A stretch of DNA of 64,000 nt from a virus. The stretch lies in the UHGV virus genome UHGV-0033546; one strand, written 5' to 3'. Positions 53,559-62,825 of this stretch are shown one piece after another. Position 1 is the stretch's first letter, and each line of letters starts with the position of its first letter. The position numbers were made by a program, and so were the translations under genes. The notes beneath the pieces were generated by a model. It did no database searches. It saw only the letters and a list, made by a program, of their open reading frames with translations, and was not told the origin of the DNA.

Positions 53559-55736
53559 TTAGGCCGCAAGGGCCTTCATAGTTTTAGCGATTTGGGAAAC
53601 TTCATCATCACTTAAAGAGTTGCGATAACCGATGAAGTCGGAAACAATACGGAATTTCTTGGTAAACTCAGCAACCATTTTATCACTGTTTTTTGAAGCA
53701 TTATTTGATAATACATCAAAAAGATTAGTTACTGTCCAGATGTCATGACCGATGGTACCTTTTCCACCGTTGAAATATATACCCTGCAATGAACTAACCA
53801 TATTACCAAGGCGAGTATATTCTTCAGAAACTTCATCTACACTGAAGTACTTCATCATAAAATCGAGTTCAGGATACTTAATAATTTTATCAATATATCG
53901 TTTAGCTGAACTTGAATAACCTACATACTTATCATAATCTACAGCATCAAAAGCATCTACATATAAATCACGCAGAGTTTCAAAAATACATTGGCACTGA
54001 TCAAGTTCTTTTACCTTTTTCTGCAAAAGCGGACGAATAACATAAAATTTATTAATGCCAATAAGATTAGCCATACGAATCAAAATATTCATAGATGGAT
54101 GACAAAGAGATGTAGTACCATCCATAGAAAAAATATCAGAACGATGCATATACGCTACATACCCAGTAATTTCATCTGCTTCTGATGTGAGCGTAAATAA
54201 TTCCTCTTTTTCCCAGCGCCCGTCTTTAATTTCAAACTTAAATGCAGTGGCAGCTTTAGGACGAGGAGCTTTACTTTTAACTACCTTCGGAATATAACTT
54301 TTAACTAAAGCTTCAATTTCTGACAAATAATGAATGTTAACTTCATCACTTTCAAACATTGCCATAATATCAGGGAGTAAATCAATCTGCGATTCTACTT
54401 CCGGATTAATAAACAGAAGACGCTCATTATGATGAATATTCAAAGTGTTGTTAAATTCTTTATCATCTAACGCATGCGCTAATCCACGGACAATATTAAC
54501 ACGATTTTTAATATTATCAATAACAATATTAATTTTTGTTGTATTAATACCAAACAGACGATAACTTGATGCAACGGCTGAAGTTTCATGACTTTGCTTA
54601 ATGCGTTTCAGTCGAGGGTCAAGATTTACTTCATACACAACTCCTGCATTGCATAACTTACTGTCAGGTTCAAACATGCTTTGCATTTTCTTATATGACA
54701 GATTTTTAGTCGTGAATTTGACTGAATTACTAATCATATAATCTCGAGCAGAATATCCCATCTTCATCAATTCACGGTATGTATGACGAGGAGATGTAGA
54801 TTCTTTAAATCGTTTTACATCTTCATTGAATGCCTTCTCACTAAGCTCTTTAACACGCTCAATAATATTTTTACGAGTACGATCATCTAGTGAAAGAGCC
54901 TCGCGAGATGGAGCAATATCAAGTGAACCCATTGGAAACTTAATATAATTCACTTCATTGCGAATGCTTAGCCAGTTACGGTCTCTAATAACACCATCGA
55001 TAGGATAAACAATACCACCATAGATAGCGTACAATCCACCACGATCTGGCCAGTATCTTTCTGGATTTACGCCGTAATAATCATCGAAATCCGGAAAATA
55101 ATCAATTTCGCGGTCAAGACCATTAATGATAGCCAAATCTTTGAACGGTCGCATGATATAAGAAACTTCATAAGCAAAGTTTCTAAAGTCTTTTTCTTCA
55201 ACTGGAACTACGATTTCAATACCAGTTTTATCATCTGGACCCATTTCTTTTACGAATGTAGGTTTAATCTGCGGCCCGTCACCATCCATGTAAGCTACAT
55301 AACCACGAATTTCACCTTTATGATATGAAGTAATACTAAATGTATCAGTATAACTAAACGGAGATTTAGAACCTAAACCAAACCCACCAATGAAATCGTT
55401 AGATTCAGCCTTAGATGAACTAAAGTATGAATTATACAACCCGGGAGAATTATCATCACCTTGAATATCAAAATCACTCATACCCGGACCAAAATCTCGA
55501 CAAACAAATCGCGGATCTAATCGTCCTGGAACTTGTACGATAAATTTTTCAGGATTTCCATTGAGAGCATGGGCATCAATCATGTTGGTAATCAATTCAC
55601 GGACTACTGCGCGAATCTTGTTTGTATACAAATCAGATGACAGAATTTTAAATACTTTAGGAGATGCTGTGATGCTAAATGCTTTTGATTTAGAACCATT
55701 ACCAAGAATTGTTTCTTTTTCAGTGGTGATAATCAT
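53559..55736 (-). CDS. rIIA: rIIA protein
   Basis: 725-aa ORF, same length and position as T4 rIIA. Confidence 0.9.
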   Translation of the reverse strand: MIITTEKETILGNGSKSKAFSITASPKVFKILSSDLYTNKIRAVVRELITNMIDAHALNGNPEKFIVQVPGRLDPRFVCRDFGPGMSDFDIQGDDNSPGLYNSYFSSSKAESNDFIGGFGLGSKSPFSYTDTFSITSYHKGEIRGYVAYMDGDGPQIKPTFVKEMGPDDKTGIEIVVPVEEKDFRNFAYEVSYIMRPFKDLAIINGLDREIDYFPDFDDYYGVNPERYWPDRGGLYAIYGGIVYPIDGVIRDRNWLSIRNEVNYIKFPMGSLDIAPSREALSLDDRTRKNIIERVKELSEKAFNEDVKRFKESTSPRHTYRELMKMGYSARDYMISNSVKFTTKNLSYKKMQSMFEPDSKLCNAGVVYEVNLDPRLKRIKQSHETSAVASSYRLFGINTTKINIVIDNIKNRVNIVRGLAHALDDKEFNNTLNIHHNERLLFINPEVESQIDLLPDIMAMFESDEVNIHYLSEIEALVKSYIPKVVKSKAPRPKAATAFKFEIKDGRWEKEELFTLTSEADEITGYVAYMHRSDIFSMDGTTSLCHPSMNILIRMANLIGINKFYVIRPLLQKKVKELDQCQCIFETLRDLYVDAFDAVDYDKYVGYSSSAKRYIDKIIKYPELDFMMKYFSVDEVSEEYTRLGNMVSSLQGIYFNGGKGTIGHDIWTVTNLFDVLSNNASKNSDKMVAEFTKKFRIVSDFIGYRNSLSDDEVSQIAKTMKALAA

Positions 55737-55746
55737 AATTTCCTCA

Positions 55747-55950
55747 TTAATTCATATTACGCTTAATAACTTCAGCAACTTCTAGTAATTCATCTTTAGT
55801 TGCAGTGTCGGATTGAATTCTATCTCTAATATCTTTAAAGCGGTTTTTAAATTCTTCTGCTTCTCCCATATCGAAAAAGCGTTGAATGATTCTATATTCT
55901 CGATGAACTGCTTTATCAAAAAGTTCTAAATTTACTCTGTATGATTTCAT
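55747..55950 (-). CDS. hypothetical protein (67 aa)
   Basis: ATG start directly upstream of rIIA. Confidence 0.5.
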   Translation of the reverse strand: MKSYRVNLELFDKAVHREYRIIQRFFDMGEAEEFKNRFKDIRDRIQSDTATKDELLEVAEVIKRNMN

Positions 55951-55975
55951 TTCAATATCCTCATTTGCCCAATTA

Positions 55976-56005
55976 ATTATACCACATCCTTGTGGTAAAG
56001 TAAAC
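55976..56005 (-). promoter_or_regulatory. T4-type early promoter (rIIA region)
   Basis: - strand GTTTAC (56005-56000), 18 bp, TATAAT (55981-55976); inverted repeat ACCACA/TGTGGT in spacer. Confidence 0.5.
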
Positions 56006-57822
56006 TACTGGCTCATCCATTCTTTACGAAGGTCAGCATTATCTCCCATGAGCATTTCAAAAAGTTCTTTCCAATTCTCAGGAAGTTTAACAACATCATA
56101 TACTGGGTTTTGAATCATCTCACGATATTCAGATTTTTCCAAAGAGCCAAGTCCCTTAATATAACGGATGCTATGTTTAGGTAGAGCATCTTTGGCACTC
56201 TCATATTCAGCGACTGTATAAAACCATTCTTGTTTTTTACCGACCTGAGCGATGATTACAGGAGTTTTGACGAAACGAATTCTTCCTTGTTCAAACAGTT
56301 CTGGCCAATTACTAAAAAATCCGAGCAGAGAAGGATAAATGCTTCCTAGACCATCGTGATCAGCATCGGTCATAATAGCAATATTATGATAATTCAAGTT
56401 TTCAGCCTTTTCACCAAGAACTAATCCAGTGATTGCGCAAATATCAAACAGTTCTTTGTTTTTAAGCATATCAGCATATGACATACCCCAACTGTTAAGA
56501 ACTTTACCACGCAATGGATAACCACCATGAAGTTCTTTATCACGAACATCAATAAGATATCCGATAGCAGAATCACCCTCAGTCAAGAAAAGAGTCGTGT
56601 CAGCATCTTTACCACAAAGATTCGCTTTAATATGTTTATGAACCTTAGCTTTAGAAGCCTTTTTAGCTGCTTTAGTTTCTGCTGCCTTTTCTGCCGCCAA
56701 TTTACGAGCTAATGCTGCTTCAATAATTGGCATTAAAATTGCTTCATTATTTAGAATAGCGCGTGAAATCTTTTTAGCATCAAGTTGAATATGGCTACGG
56801 ATTTCACCAAATGGAGAAGTCAAACGCTCTTTAGTTTGAGAATCAAATCGCATGTTTTTCATATCACGAACAAACATAACGATAGTCAAACATTCTTTAA
56901 CACGTGCTTTAGTTACATCAATTTTGAACTTACGTTTGATTTGTGGAATAAGGTCTTCACAAATATCATCCATAACGCAGTCAATGTGATGGCCACCATT
57001 CTTAGTATGAATGTTATTGACGTATGTTAATTGACGAAAACCATCCGGTGAACGACCAACCGCAATAGAACAATTTTCTTGTTCTTGAACGATAGCGTGC
57101 TCATCATATTGGCGTGCGTATTTCTTAAAATTACCCTGAACCTTTTTACCATTAAAGGTAAATTGAATATCAGGATAAACTACCGCAAGTGTCTGGAGAC
57201 GATCTAGTGTAATGTCAAGATAAACCTGAGACAGCTCATTAGTTTCAAATGACATAAAATCAGGAATGAAAGTAACACGAGTTCCTTTCCATTTTCCAGG
57301 AATAGTTTCCCATGATTTATTTTCCATGCCATTTGAACAACGAACTACAATATTATTTTGACCATCACCAGTTTCACCGACAAACATCACAGAAAAAATA
57401 TTTGTCAAACTAGAACCAACACCATTCATACCGCCAGTGACGCGTTCTTTATCATCACCAAAGTTACCACCAGCTTTTGGAATAGTCCAGGCAGCAACAG
57501 GACCAGGAATTTCTTCACCAGTAGGTGTTTTAACCATCGCTTGTGGAATACCGCGACCGTTATCTTCAACTGTTACTTGATTGTTTTTAATAGTAACATT
57601 AATTTTATTTGCGAATTTAAACTTAGTACGAATACCTTCATCTACTGAGTTATCGATAATTTCATCAATAAGCTTAACAAGACCAGGTACATACTGAACA
57701 CTTTCCCATTTACCAAACAGAAAGCGCTCATGCATTTCATTAGCTGAAGAGCCAATGTACATGCCGCTACGCTTTTTGATATGTTCAATATCGCTCAGAA
57801 TTTTAATTTCATTCTTAATCAT
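56005..57822 (-). CDS. 39: DNA topoisomerase II large subunit (GyrB-like), unsplit gene 39
   Basis: 605 aa from ATG at 57822 (track start is GTG); GHKL ATPase N-terminus and Toprim C-terminus in one ORF. Confidence 0.9.
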   Translation of the reverse strand: MIKNEIKILSDIEHIKKRSGMYIGSSANEMHERFLFGKWESVQYVPGLVKLIDEIIDNSVDEGIRTKFKFANKINVTIKNNQVTVEDNGRGIPQAMVKTPTGEEIPGPVAAWTIPKAGGNFGDDKERVTGGMNGVGSSLTNIFSVMFVGETGDGQNNIVVRCSNGMENKSWETIPGKWKGTRVTFIPDFMSFETNELSQVYLDITLDRLQTLAVVYPDIQFTFNGKKVQGNFKKYARQYDEHAIVQEQENCSIAVGRSPDGFRQLTYVNNIHTKNGGHHIDCVMDDICEDLIPQIKRKFKIDVTKARVKECLTIVMFVRDMKNMRFDSQTKERLTSPFGEIRSHIQLDAKKISRAILNNEAILMPIIEAALARKLAAEKAAETKAAKKASKAKVHKHIKANLCGKDADTTLFLTEGDSAIGYLIDVRDKELHGGYPLRGKVLNSWGMSYADMLKNKELFDICAITGLVLGEKAENLNYHNIAIMTDADHDGLGSIYPSLLGFFSNWPELFEQGRIRFVKTPVIIAQVGKKQEWFYTVAEYESAKDALPKHSIRYIKGLGSLEKSEYREMIQNPVYDVVKLPENWKELFEMLMGDNADLRKEWMSQ

Positions 57823-57859
57823 CACTTATCCTCGTTTGGTTTCGGGAATATTATACTCC

Positions 57860-57892
57860 GGTAATCATAAAGCTAAAGGCCCGAAGGCCTTT
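57860..57892 (-). terminator. stem-loop / possible terminator
   Basis: hairpin AAAGGCC-CGAA-GGCCTTT (57875-57892); T-run is on + side, weaker on - side. Confidence 0.4.
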
Positions 57893-58152
57893 TATTTAAA
57901 ACGGATAGTCGAATCCTTGAAGAATAGACCAGAACATACGGTTCCTTCTACTTTCTGCCCGGTAGGTCCAATAGCACGAAATCCAGTATGTTGGAAATCA
58001 TTTTCAGAGCAACCGAACCAATTGTATCCAGTGATTTCAATATTAGTAAAACCGCTTGAAGACAAAACTCTAGTTGCGTTATCAGCATCAGTACATCCTG
58101 CTAAAGACACCGCTAATACTAATGCTGCGATAGAACGATTAATATATTTCAT
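57892..58152 (-). CDS. small lipoprotein (86 aa)
   Basis: ATG at 58152 (track start is GTG); signal peptide with lipobox LAGC. Confidence 0.5.
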   Translation of the reverse strand: MKYINRSIAALVLAVSLAGCTDADNATRVLSSSGFTNIEITGYNWFGCSENDFQHTGFRAIGPTGQKVEGTVCSGLFFKDSTIRFK

Positions 58153-58157
58153 AGTTT

Positions 58158-58532
58158 TCACTTAAATTTAATTGCTTGAAGGAGACTAATAATTCTCAAG
58201 CGACTTCCTTCATCTTTAACTGTAAAGGAAAGAGGGTCACCAGATTTCATAGTGATAGTGCATTCAAAATCAAAACCTTCGGGAACTTCTTCGAAGAAGT
58301 CAAATTCTTCATCATAAATTAAAACTTCACTCCGCAGACTGTGAAGAATTTTTCCAGCATTTCTGCTAGTTGCTGTACTAATCATTGTAACATTATGACC
58401 TTTCATATCTTCAACGATAAATTCGCTTGTAGATATTACGGCATTAATAGAACCATTCCTATTACTAGCAGAAAGTAGATATTTCTTTTCTTCGCCTTCG
58501 CGAATACGATATTTCTTACCGATTTTAAACAT
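58158..58532 (-). CDS. hypothetical protein (124 aa)
   Basis: ATG start. Confidence 0.5.
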   Translation of the reverse strand: MFKIGKKYRIREGEEKKYLLSASNRNGSINAVISTSEFIVEDMKGHNVTMISTATSRNAGKILHSLRSEVLIYDEEFDFFEEVPEGFDFECTITMKSGDPLSFTVKDEGSRLRIISLLQAIKFK

Positions 58533-58534
58533 AA

Positions 58535-58711
58535 TTACCCTTTAAGTAAGTCGTAAAATCCACCATTCACATGCTTAGGAGCGGAAGGCCGACGAGTAGA
58601 CAGACGATGACATTTAGGGCAAACATCATTTTCTCGTTCAGAAATCTTTTTAATTTTTTCATATTCATGCCCGCAATCTTCGGATTGGCATTTATAATCA
58701 TACATCGGCAT
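58535..58711 (-). CDS. zinc-ribbon protein (58 aa)
   Basis: MPMYDYKCQSEDCGHEYEKIKKISERENDVCPKCHRLSTRR...; two CxxC pairs; not in track. Confidence 0.5.
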   Translation of the reverse strand: MPMYDYKCQSEDCGHEYEKIKKISERENDVCPKCHRLSTRRPSAPKHVNGGFYDLLKG

Positions 58712-58713
58712 AA

Positions 58714-59118
58714 TTATTCCTTAAAATGAGCTTTCAACATCTGATACAAGGACCATGCCTGTTCATTATTTTCAATAGTAACTTTCATGACCGGGAATTC
58801 TGTGAAATCTTCTATTTGTTCTTGCTCTTCAGCTGCCTGATATGGGTTTTCCACTTCATCAAAGAACCCAGCTTCGTTAGTAGAAAGCCAAATAAAGTTT
58901 TCGTCAAGGATATCACCATGTGTTGCATATCCAATTGTGCCAGTAGATGTCACAATTTTAGTAGGACGACCAAGATGGTCAACATCTAAAATTTTAAAAG
59001 GATGCATACCTAAACGGCGTGCATAAATTCCGTTATCAGTATGGTCTTTAATAAAATTTTCTTGAGCTTGTTTATTTTTAAATTGATACCATTTATTAAC
59101 TTCAAATTTAATAGCCAT
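58714..59118 (-). CDS. hypothetical protein (134 aa)
   Basis: ATG start. Confidence 0.5.
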   Translation of the reverse strand: MAIKFEVNKWYQFKNKQAQENFIKDHTDNGIYARRLGMHPFKILDVDHLGRPTKIVTSTGTIGYATHGDILDENFIWLSTNEAGFFDEVENPYQAAEEQEQIEDFTEFPVMKVTIENNEQAWSLYQMLKAHFKE

Positions 59119-59333
59119 TAATAAATTTCCTTCCAGTAAGTTGTGCCATCTTCAGTAATTTCACGAAATACACCGTAAATTGGTTGTTTATCATCAACCT
59201 TTTCATACACATAAACTGAAGTCAAGTGAGTAAACTTAGCAGTGTGTTCCTTTTGAACTACTACCAAATCTGGATCGAATAATACATCTTCAAATTCGTC
59301 ATTAGTGCAATTCTGAACCGTTTTATGTTTCAT
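59118..59333 (-). CDS. hypothetical protein (71 aa; possibly Cef by size and position)
   Basis: ATG start; size equals T4 Cef as recalled. Confidence 0.45.
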   Translation of the reverse strand: MKHKTVQNCTNDEFEDVLFDPDLVVVQKEHTAKFTHLTSVYVYEKVDDKQPIYGVFREITEDGTTYWKEIY

Positions 59334-59346
59334 TACAATTTCCTCA

Positions 59347-59616
59347 TTAATTGAACAGTGGAGCGATGCGTTTCAGAAGAGTAGCAGCACCTTTGGCGAA
59401 TTTTACATCATGAAAAACAGTTTCTTCTTCCGTTACAACACGAGCTTTAATGTTTTCACAATCCCAATTTTTGCGAACAATCTTCAAAAGCTGCAGTAAA
59501 TCTTTACATTCAGCAATATCGATAACACATCCACGAGAATCTTCCATTATCGCACGATAACCATAAGCCATACCATAATCGTTGAAAGATTGCTCGATGA
59601 TAATTAAGTTTTCCAT
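59347..59616 (-). CDS. hypothetical protein (89 aa)
   Basis: ATG at 59616 with GGAGAA RBS; track start is TTG. Confidence 0.45.
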   Translation of the reverse strand: MENLIIIEQSFNDYGMAYGYRAIMEDSRGCVIDIAECKDLLQLLKIVRKNWDCENIKARVVTEEETVFHDVKFAKGAATLLKRIAPLFN

Positions 59617-59640
59617 TTTATTCTCCAAGTTGTTTTCTAT

Positions 59641-59683
59641 ATCAGTAGTTGATATTGATATAGTACCATAATCAACTACTGAT
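59641..59683 (-). repeat. perfect 13-bp inverted repeat enclosing a promoter -10-like element
   Basis: ATCAGTAGTTGAT (59641-59653) and ATCAACTACTGAT (59671-59683) are exact reverse complements; loop has TACTAT; right arm equals the conserved early-leader motif. Confidence 0.6.
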
Positions 59684-59714
59684 GTATATAGTTTTATGAA
59701 AAAAATTTTAAACT

Positions 59715-60212
59715 TTATGCACAGCGAGCTCGGCTATAATGTTTAATCCAACTTTCAGGAATGACTTTGTATGTTCCTAAAAATACCACGTTATACAGCT
59801 TAACACCATCTTCTACCCATTGATCAGTAATGTATGCACACATAGCGCGAGTACGATGTTTTTGAACAACCCCTTCCTCATCTTCAGTAAATTCGAATTC
59901 ATAAGGAGCAACGAACTTAATAGCCTGACCGAGTTTCCACTTAAAGTCTACACCTACATGCGAAGTATCAATCGTCTCAATTCCTTTAGCGGGAACAGCT
60001 TTCAAAAACGCAGATTCAAGAAATTTCGCACGAACATAGCCAAACTGAGGTTTAGACTTTCCATCTTTAGGAATGATACGCACTTTTACTTCAGAATCTT
60101 CATCTTTAACGCCATGTTTGAGCTGAATGCTTACAATTTCGACCAATTTTCCTGCTGCTTTAGAACGGGATTTATCAGATACACGAGCAATTTCACCAAT
60201 ATTAATAATCAT
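59715..60212 (-). CDS. motB: MotB-like protein (165 aa)
   Basis: size (T4 MotB 162 aa) and position between gene 39 region and dexA; assignment by synteny only. Confidence 0.45.
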   Translation of the reverse strand: MIINIGEIARVSDKSRSKAAGKLVEIVSIQLKHGVKDEDSEVKVRIIPKDGKSKPQFGYVRAKFLESAFLKAVPAKGIETIDTSHVGVDFKWKLGQAIKFVAPYEFEFTEDEEGVVQKHRTRAMCAYITDQWVEDGVKLYNVVFLGTYKVIPESWIKHYSRARCA

Positions 60213-60255
60213 AGTTATCTCTCACTTGTTAAAAAGATTTATACTCCACAGGACC

Positions 60256-60285
60256 ATTATACTCTGGTCCCAAGAGTTTGTAAAC
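60256..60285 (-). promoter_or_regulatory. T4-type early promoter
   Basis: - strand GTTTAC (60285-60280), 18 bp, TATAAT (60261-60256); -10 bracketed by GGACC/GGTCC inverted repeat. Confidence 0.5.
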
Positions 60286-60287
60286 TA

Positions 60288-60830
60288 TTAATTCAAAATA
60301 GCTACCACCGCACTACGGGGTACTACACTAAAATCACCTGCATGAACAACGTTCAGGAGTTCAACACCATCTTCAATCCACTGGTCTGTTACCCAACCAC
60401 AGACCGAAATAAATGGGGTCTTGATAGCTACAGCACGAGTCAAAAGGTCAGTGGGATCGCATTCTTGGAAGAGGATAAACTCTGCTTCAAAGACTATAGT
60501 TTTAATTACTTCATCATTATCTAAGCGTTGTGCTCGAATCACGTAAGCTTTATTCTTATCATGCCAATTACTTTTTGAAAAACTTTTAACCACAAACTCG
60601 CCTTCACCGAAAGCATCAGTCAATGCTTTATAACCCAAATTTAGTTCAGCAGTTTTAATTTCAGTTTCAACCAGTTTGTATGTTTTGCCAGTTTCGATGG
60701 TCCGAGCAGTCATAAATGTTTCCTTAATTTCTAATGGTTTAACAAGAGTGCCGTACATGCTTGCTATATCCATATCAAACGGTTTATCTACAGGATTCGG
60801 CGTGTATTCAGGATTATAATTAAATTTCAT
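60288..60830 (-). CDS. hypothetical protein (180 aa), paralog of downstream MotB-like ORF
   Basis: shares C-terminal motif TDQW[VI]EDGV.L.NVV with ORF 59715-60212. Confidence 0.5.
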   Translation of the reverse strand: MKFNYNPEYTPNPVDKPFDMDIASMYGTLVKPLEIKETFMTARTIETGKTYKLVETEIKTAELNLGYKALTDAFGEGEFVVKSFSKSNWHDKNKAYVIRAQRLDNDEVIKTIVFEAEFILFQECDPTDLLTRAVAIKTPFISVCGWVTDQWIEDGVELLNVVHAGDFSVVPRSAVVAILN

Positions 60831-60832
60831 AA

Positions 60833-61345
60833 TTATCTCATTTCAATAAAATCTACAAGTTCAGCATGGGATTTACGGAACATTACTTGATGCCCACCAA
60901 TGATAACTTCATCTTCAGGAACTTCATAAATCGCAATGTACATTCCACGATCTTTTAAGTCTTCACGCTCTTCTCGAGTGAACCATCTCATCATATCATA
61001 TTCACTAGCGAAAGCAAAATGATATAATGCAATAAACCACAATGGAATGTAATTTTCAAATCGTGAATAATCTTTATTCCATTTAGTTTTAATAGCATCA
61101 TTAGCATTTTCAACTAATAACTTATCATCGTGTGGAATAGGAATACTTTCATGGCTTTCATAATTATCGCTATGATGATGAAATGACGATGAATTAATAC
61201 CGCAAAATTTTAGCCAAGTTCGAGTTTTCATAGAATCAAATCCACGATAAGGAGTTGATTGAACGCATAACTCTTGCCTAATTTTCACTATACCACTATC
61301 ATCGTTTAATGCGCTAAACGATGATTCAACACGATAAATTTTCAT
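60833..61345 (-). CDS. hypothetical protein (170 aa)
   Basis: ATG at 61345 with GAGGAT RBS; track N-terminal extension (TTG) is translated promoter. Confidence 0.5.
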   Translation of the reverse strand: MKIYRVESSFSALNDDSGIVKIRQELCVQSTPYRGFDSMKTRTWLKFCGINSSSFHHHSDNYESHESIPIPHDDKLLVENANDAIKTKWNKDYSRFENYIPLWFIALYHFAFASEYDMMRWFTREEREDLKDRGMYIAIYEVPEDEVIIGGHQVMFRKSHAELVDFIEMR

Positions 61346-61372
61346 TTTATTATCCTCAGTAGCTATGGTGTT

Positions 61373-61402
61373 ATAATACCACAACTAACTGAGGAAGTAA
61401 AC
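61373..61402 (-). promoter_or_regulatory. T4-type early promoter
   Basis: - strand GTTTAC (61402-61397), 18 bp, TATTAT (61378-61373). Confidence 0.5.
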
Positions 61403-61408
61403 AACTTT

Positions 61409-62092
61409 TTATCGTTTTGTTGGAAGAGATAGAGGATCGCACTCTTCCTCTGACGGAGCATCTTCAAGACCCATAGCATATCGCAAAGCATACTTCATCA
61501 TCAGGATGTCTTTCGCACAGTCATGAATAGAATCATGTGCAACGAATCCATTTAAGGTTCCCTTTGGAAGAGGACATGTGGTCATATCACGAACAAGCAG
61601 AAGTGCTTCAATTCTGGTACGAATATCACGTTGATTCCAGAATTTACAAGGTTCTAACTTAAATGTATCAAGCTCATTCTCGGAAACGCCGTTAAGACGT
61701 TGAATATCGCGAATGAGATCGACTAAAATTGGAAAATCAAACGACATTCCACGGCACCAGCCTTGAGATTTCCAAGGATCGATGTTATGTGCGTTGATGT
61801 AATCATTAAATTTTGCAATACCATCGATAGTGCTTACATCTTCATCTGATGGTGCAATATTTTTTCGAGCTTCAGGAGATTGATTTTTCCACCATTCGAT
61901 AGTGCTTTTAGTAAAAAGACGTTGTCCTTTTTGGCTTTTTAAATCAAATTTGATTTTAATGCCACGTGAAACTAATTCATCGAATGTTTCAACTACTTCT
62001 GGATTAGGGTCAAAGGCAATAACGGCCAAATCAATAACCGCTGCTTTTTCACCACTTCCCATTGTTTCAAAATCTATAATAAAATCAAACAT
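61409..62092 (-). CDS. dexA: exonuclease A (DEDDh 3-prime to 5-prime exonuclease)
   Basis: 227-aa ORF, same length and position as T4 dexA; N-terminal FDFIIDFETMG. Confidence 0.85.
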   Translation of the reverse strand: MFDFIIDFETMGSGEKAAVIDLAVIAFDPNPEVVETFDELVSRGIKIKFDLKSQKGQRLFTKSTIEWWKNQSPEARKNIAPSDEDVSTIDGIAKFNDYINAHNIDPWKSQGWCRGMSFDFPILVDLIRDIQRLNGVSENELDTFKLEPCKFWNQRDIRTRIEALLLVRDMTTCPLPKGTLNGFVAHDSIHDCAKDILMMKYALRYAMGLEDAPSEEECDPLSLPTKR

Positions 62093-62334
62093 TAAATTTT
62101 CCTCGCTAAATCACGAATTTGACCTACAGTATAATCTTGGATATAAACTTTATTAATGGGCTCATCAATAAATTTTGCCATAGATTCAATATCTTTTTGT
62201 ATCTCTTCAAGACTGTATACTATCTTTAAAGCTTTTTCGCGAATAGTAACATTATCAGGTCCTGGATTTTCTTGAATGACAGCTTTGACATTTGTCATAA
62301 GAGATTTAAACTGGTACCAATTTAATTCAATCAT
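62092..62334 (-). CDS. hypothetical protein (80 aa)
   Basis: first ATG at 62334 (track start GTG). Confidence 0.4.
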   Translation of the reverse strand: MIELNWYQFKSLMTNVKAVIQENPGPDNVTIREKALKIVYSLEEIQKDIESMAKFIDEPINKVYIQDYTVGQIRDLARKI

Positions 62335-62572
62335 TAATAACCGCCTTATAAAGATGGCTAATTTCACCTAAAACATAATCACTGATTGTAACAGTTTTCA
62401 CTTCACCACAAAAGAATTCTAGAGCAATTAAGTCTCGTTCAATTTCTTCCAATTGAAGCATCAACTTGCCCGATTTAATTTTTACATTTGTACGATTTTT
62501 ACTATAAGCTATTTCATAAATTTCGCTAACTTTATCCTGAAGAAGATAAAACTGATCTTTAGTTATTTCCAC
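62327..62572 (-). CDS. hypothetical protein (about 81 aa, GTG start)
   Basis: GTG at 62572 preceded by GAGGAAG RBS; no in-frame ATG nearby. Confidence 0.35.
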   Translation of the reverse strand: MEITKDQFYLLQDKVSEIYEIAYSKNRTNVKIKSGKLMLQLEEIERDLIALEFFCGEVKTVTISDYVLGEISHLYKAVIND

Positions 62573-62819
62573 GAATAGCTTCCTCAAATTTAATTAGTAA
62601 TTTACAGACACTTTCATCTAATGTAATTACCGTATCTGTATTACTATGATATGATTGTTTTTCAATTCGTTTAATTGCTAGTATAGTATCACTTATAAGA
62701 TAAAGCTTATGAAGGAGCTCAGCTCCTGTTACCATAACATTAAGATTGTCTTGCTTATTAGTATGCTTCCTTATACCATCTATTAGACGATTTAAATATT
62801 TTGAATTGATGTTAATCAT
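62559..62819 (-). CDS. hypothetical protein (86 aa)
   Basis: ATG start just downstream of dda stop. Confidence 0.45.
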   Translation of the reverse strand: MININSKYLNRLIDGIRKHTNKQDNLNVMVTGAELLHKLYLISDTILAIKRIEKQSYHSNTDTVITLDESVCKLLIKFEEAIRGNN

Positions 62820-62825
62820 ATAGCC

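Noticed and set aside
56005-57825. Looked for a gene 60-style split and 50-nt translational bypass in the topoisomerase large-subunit gene
   Set aside because: A single uninterrupted ORF covers both ATPase and Toprim regions; no in-frame stop or gap
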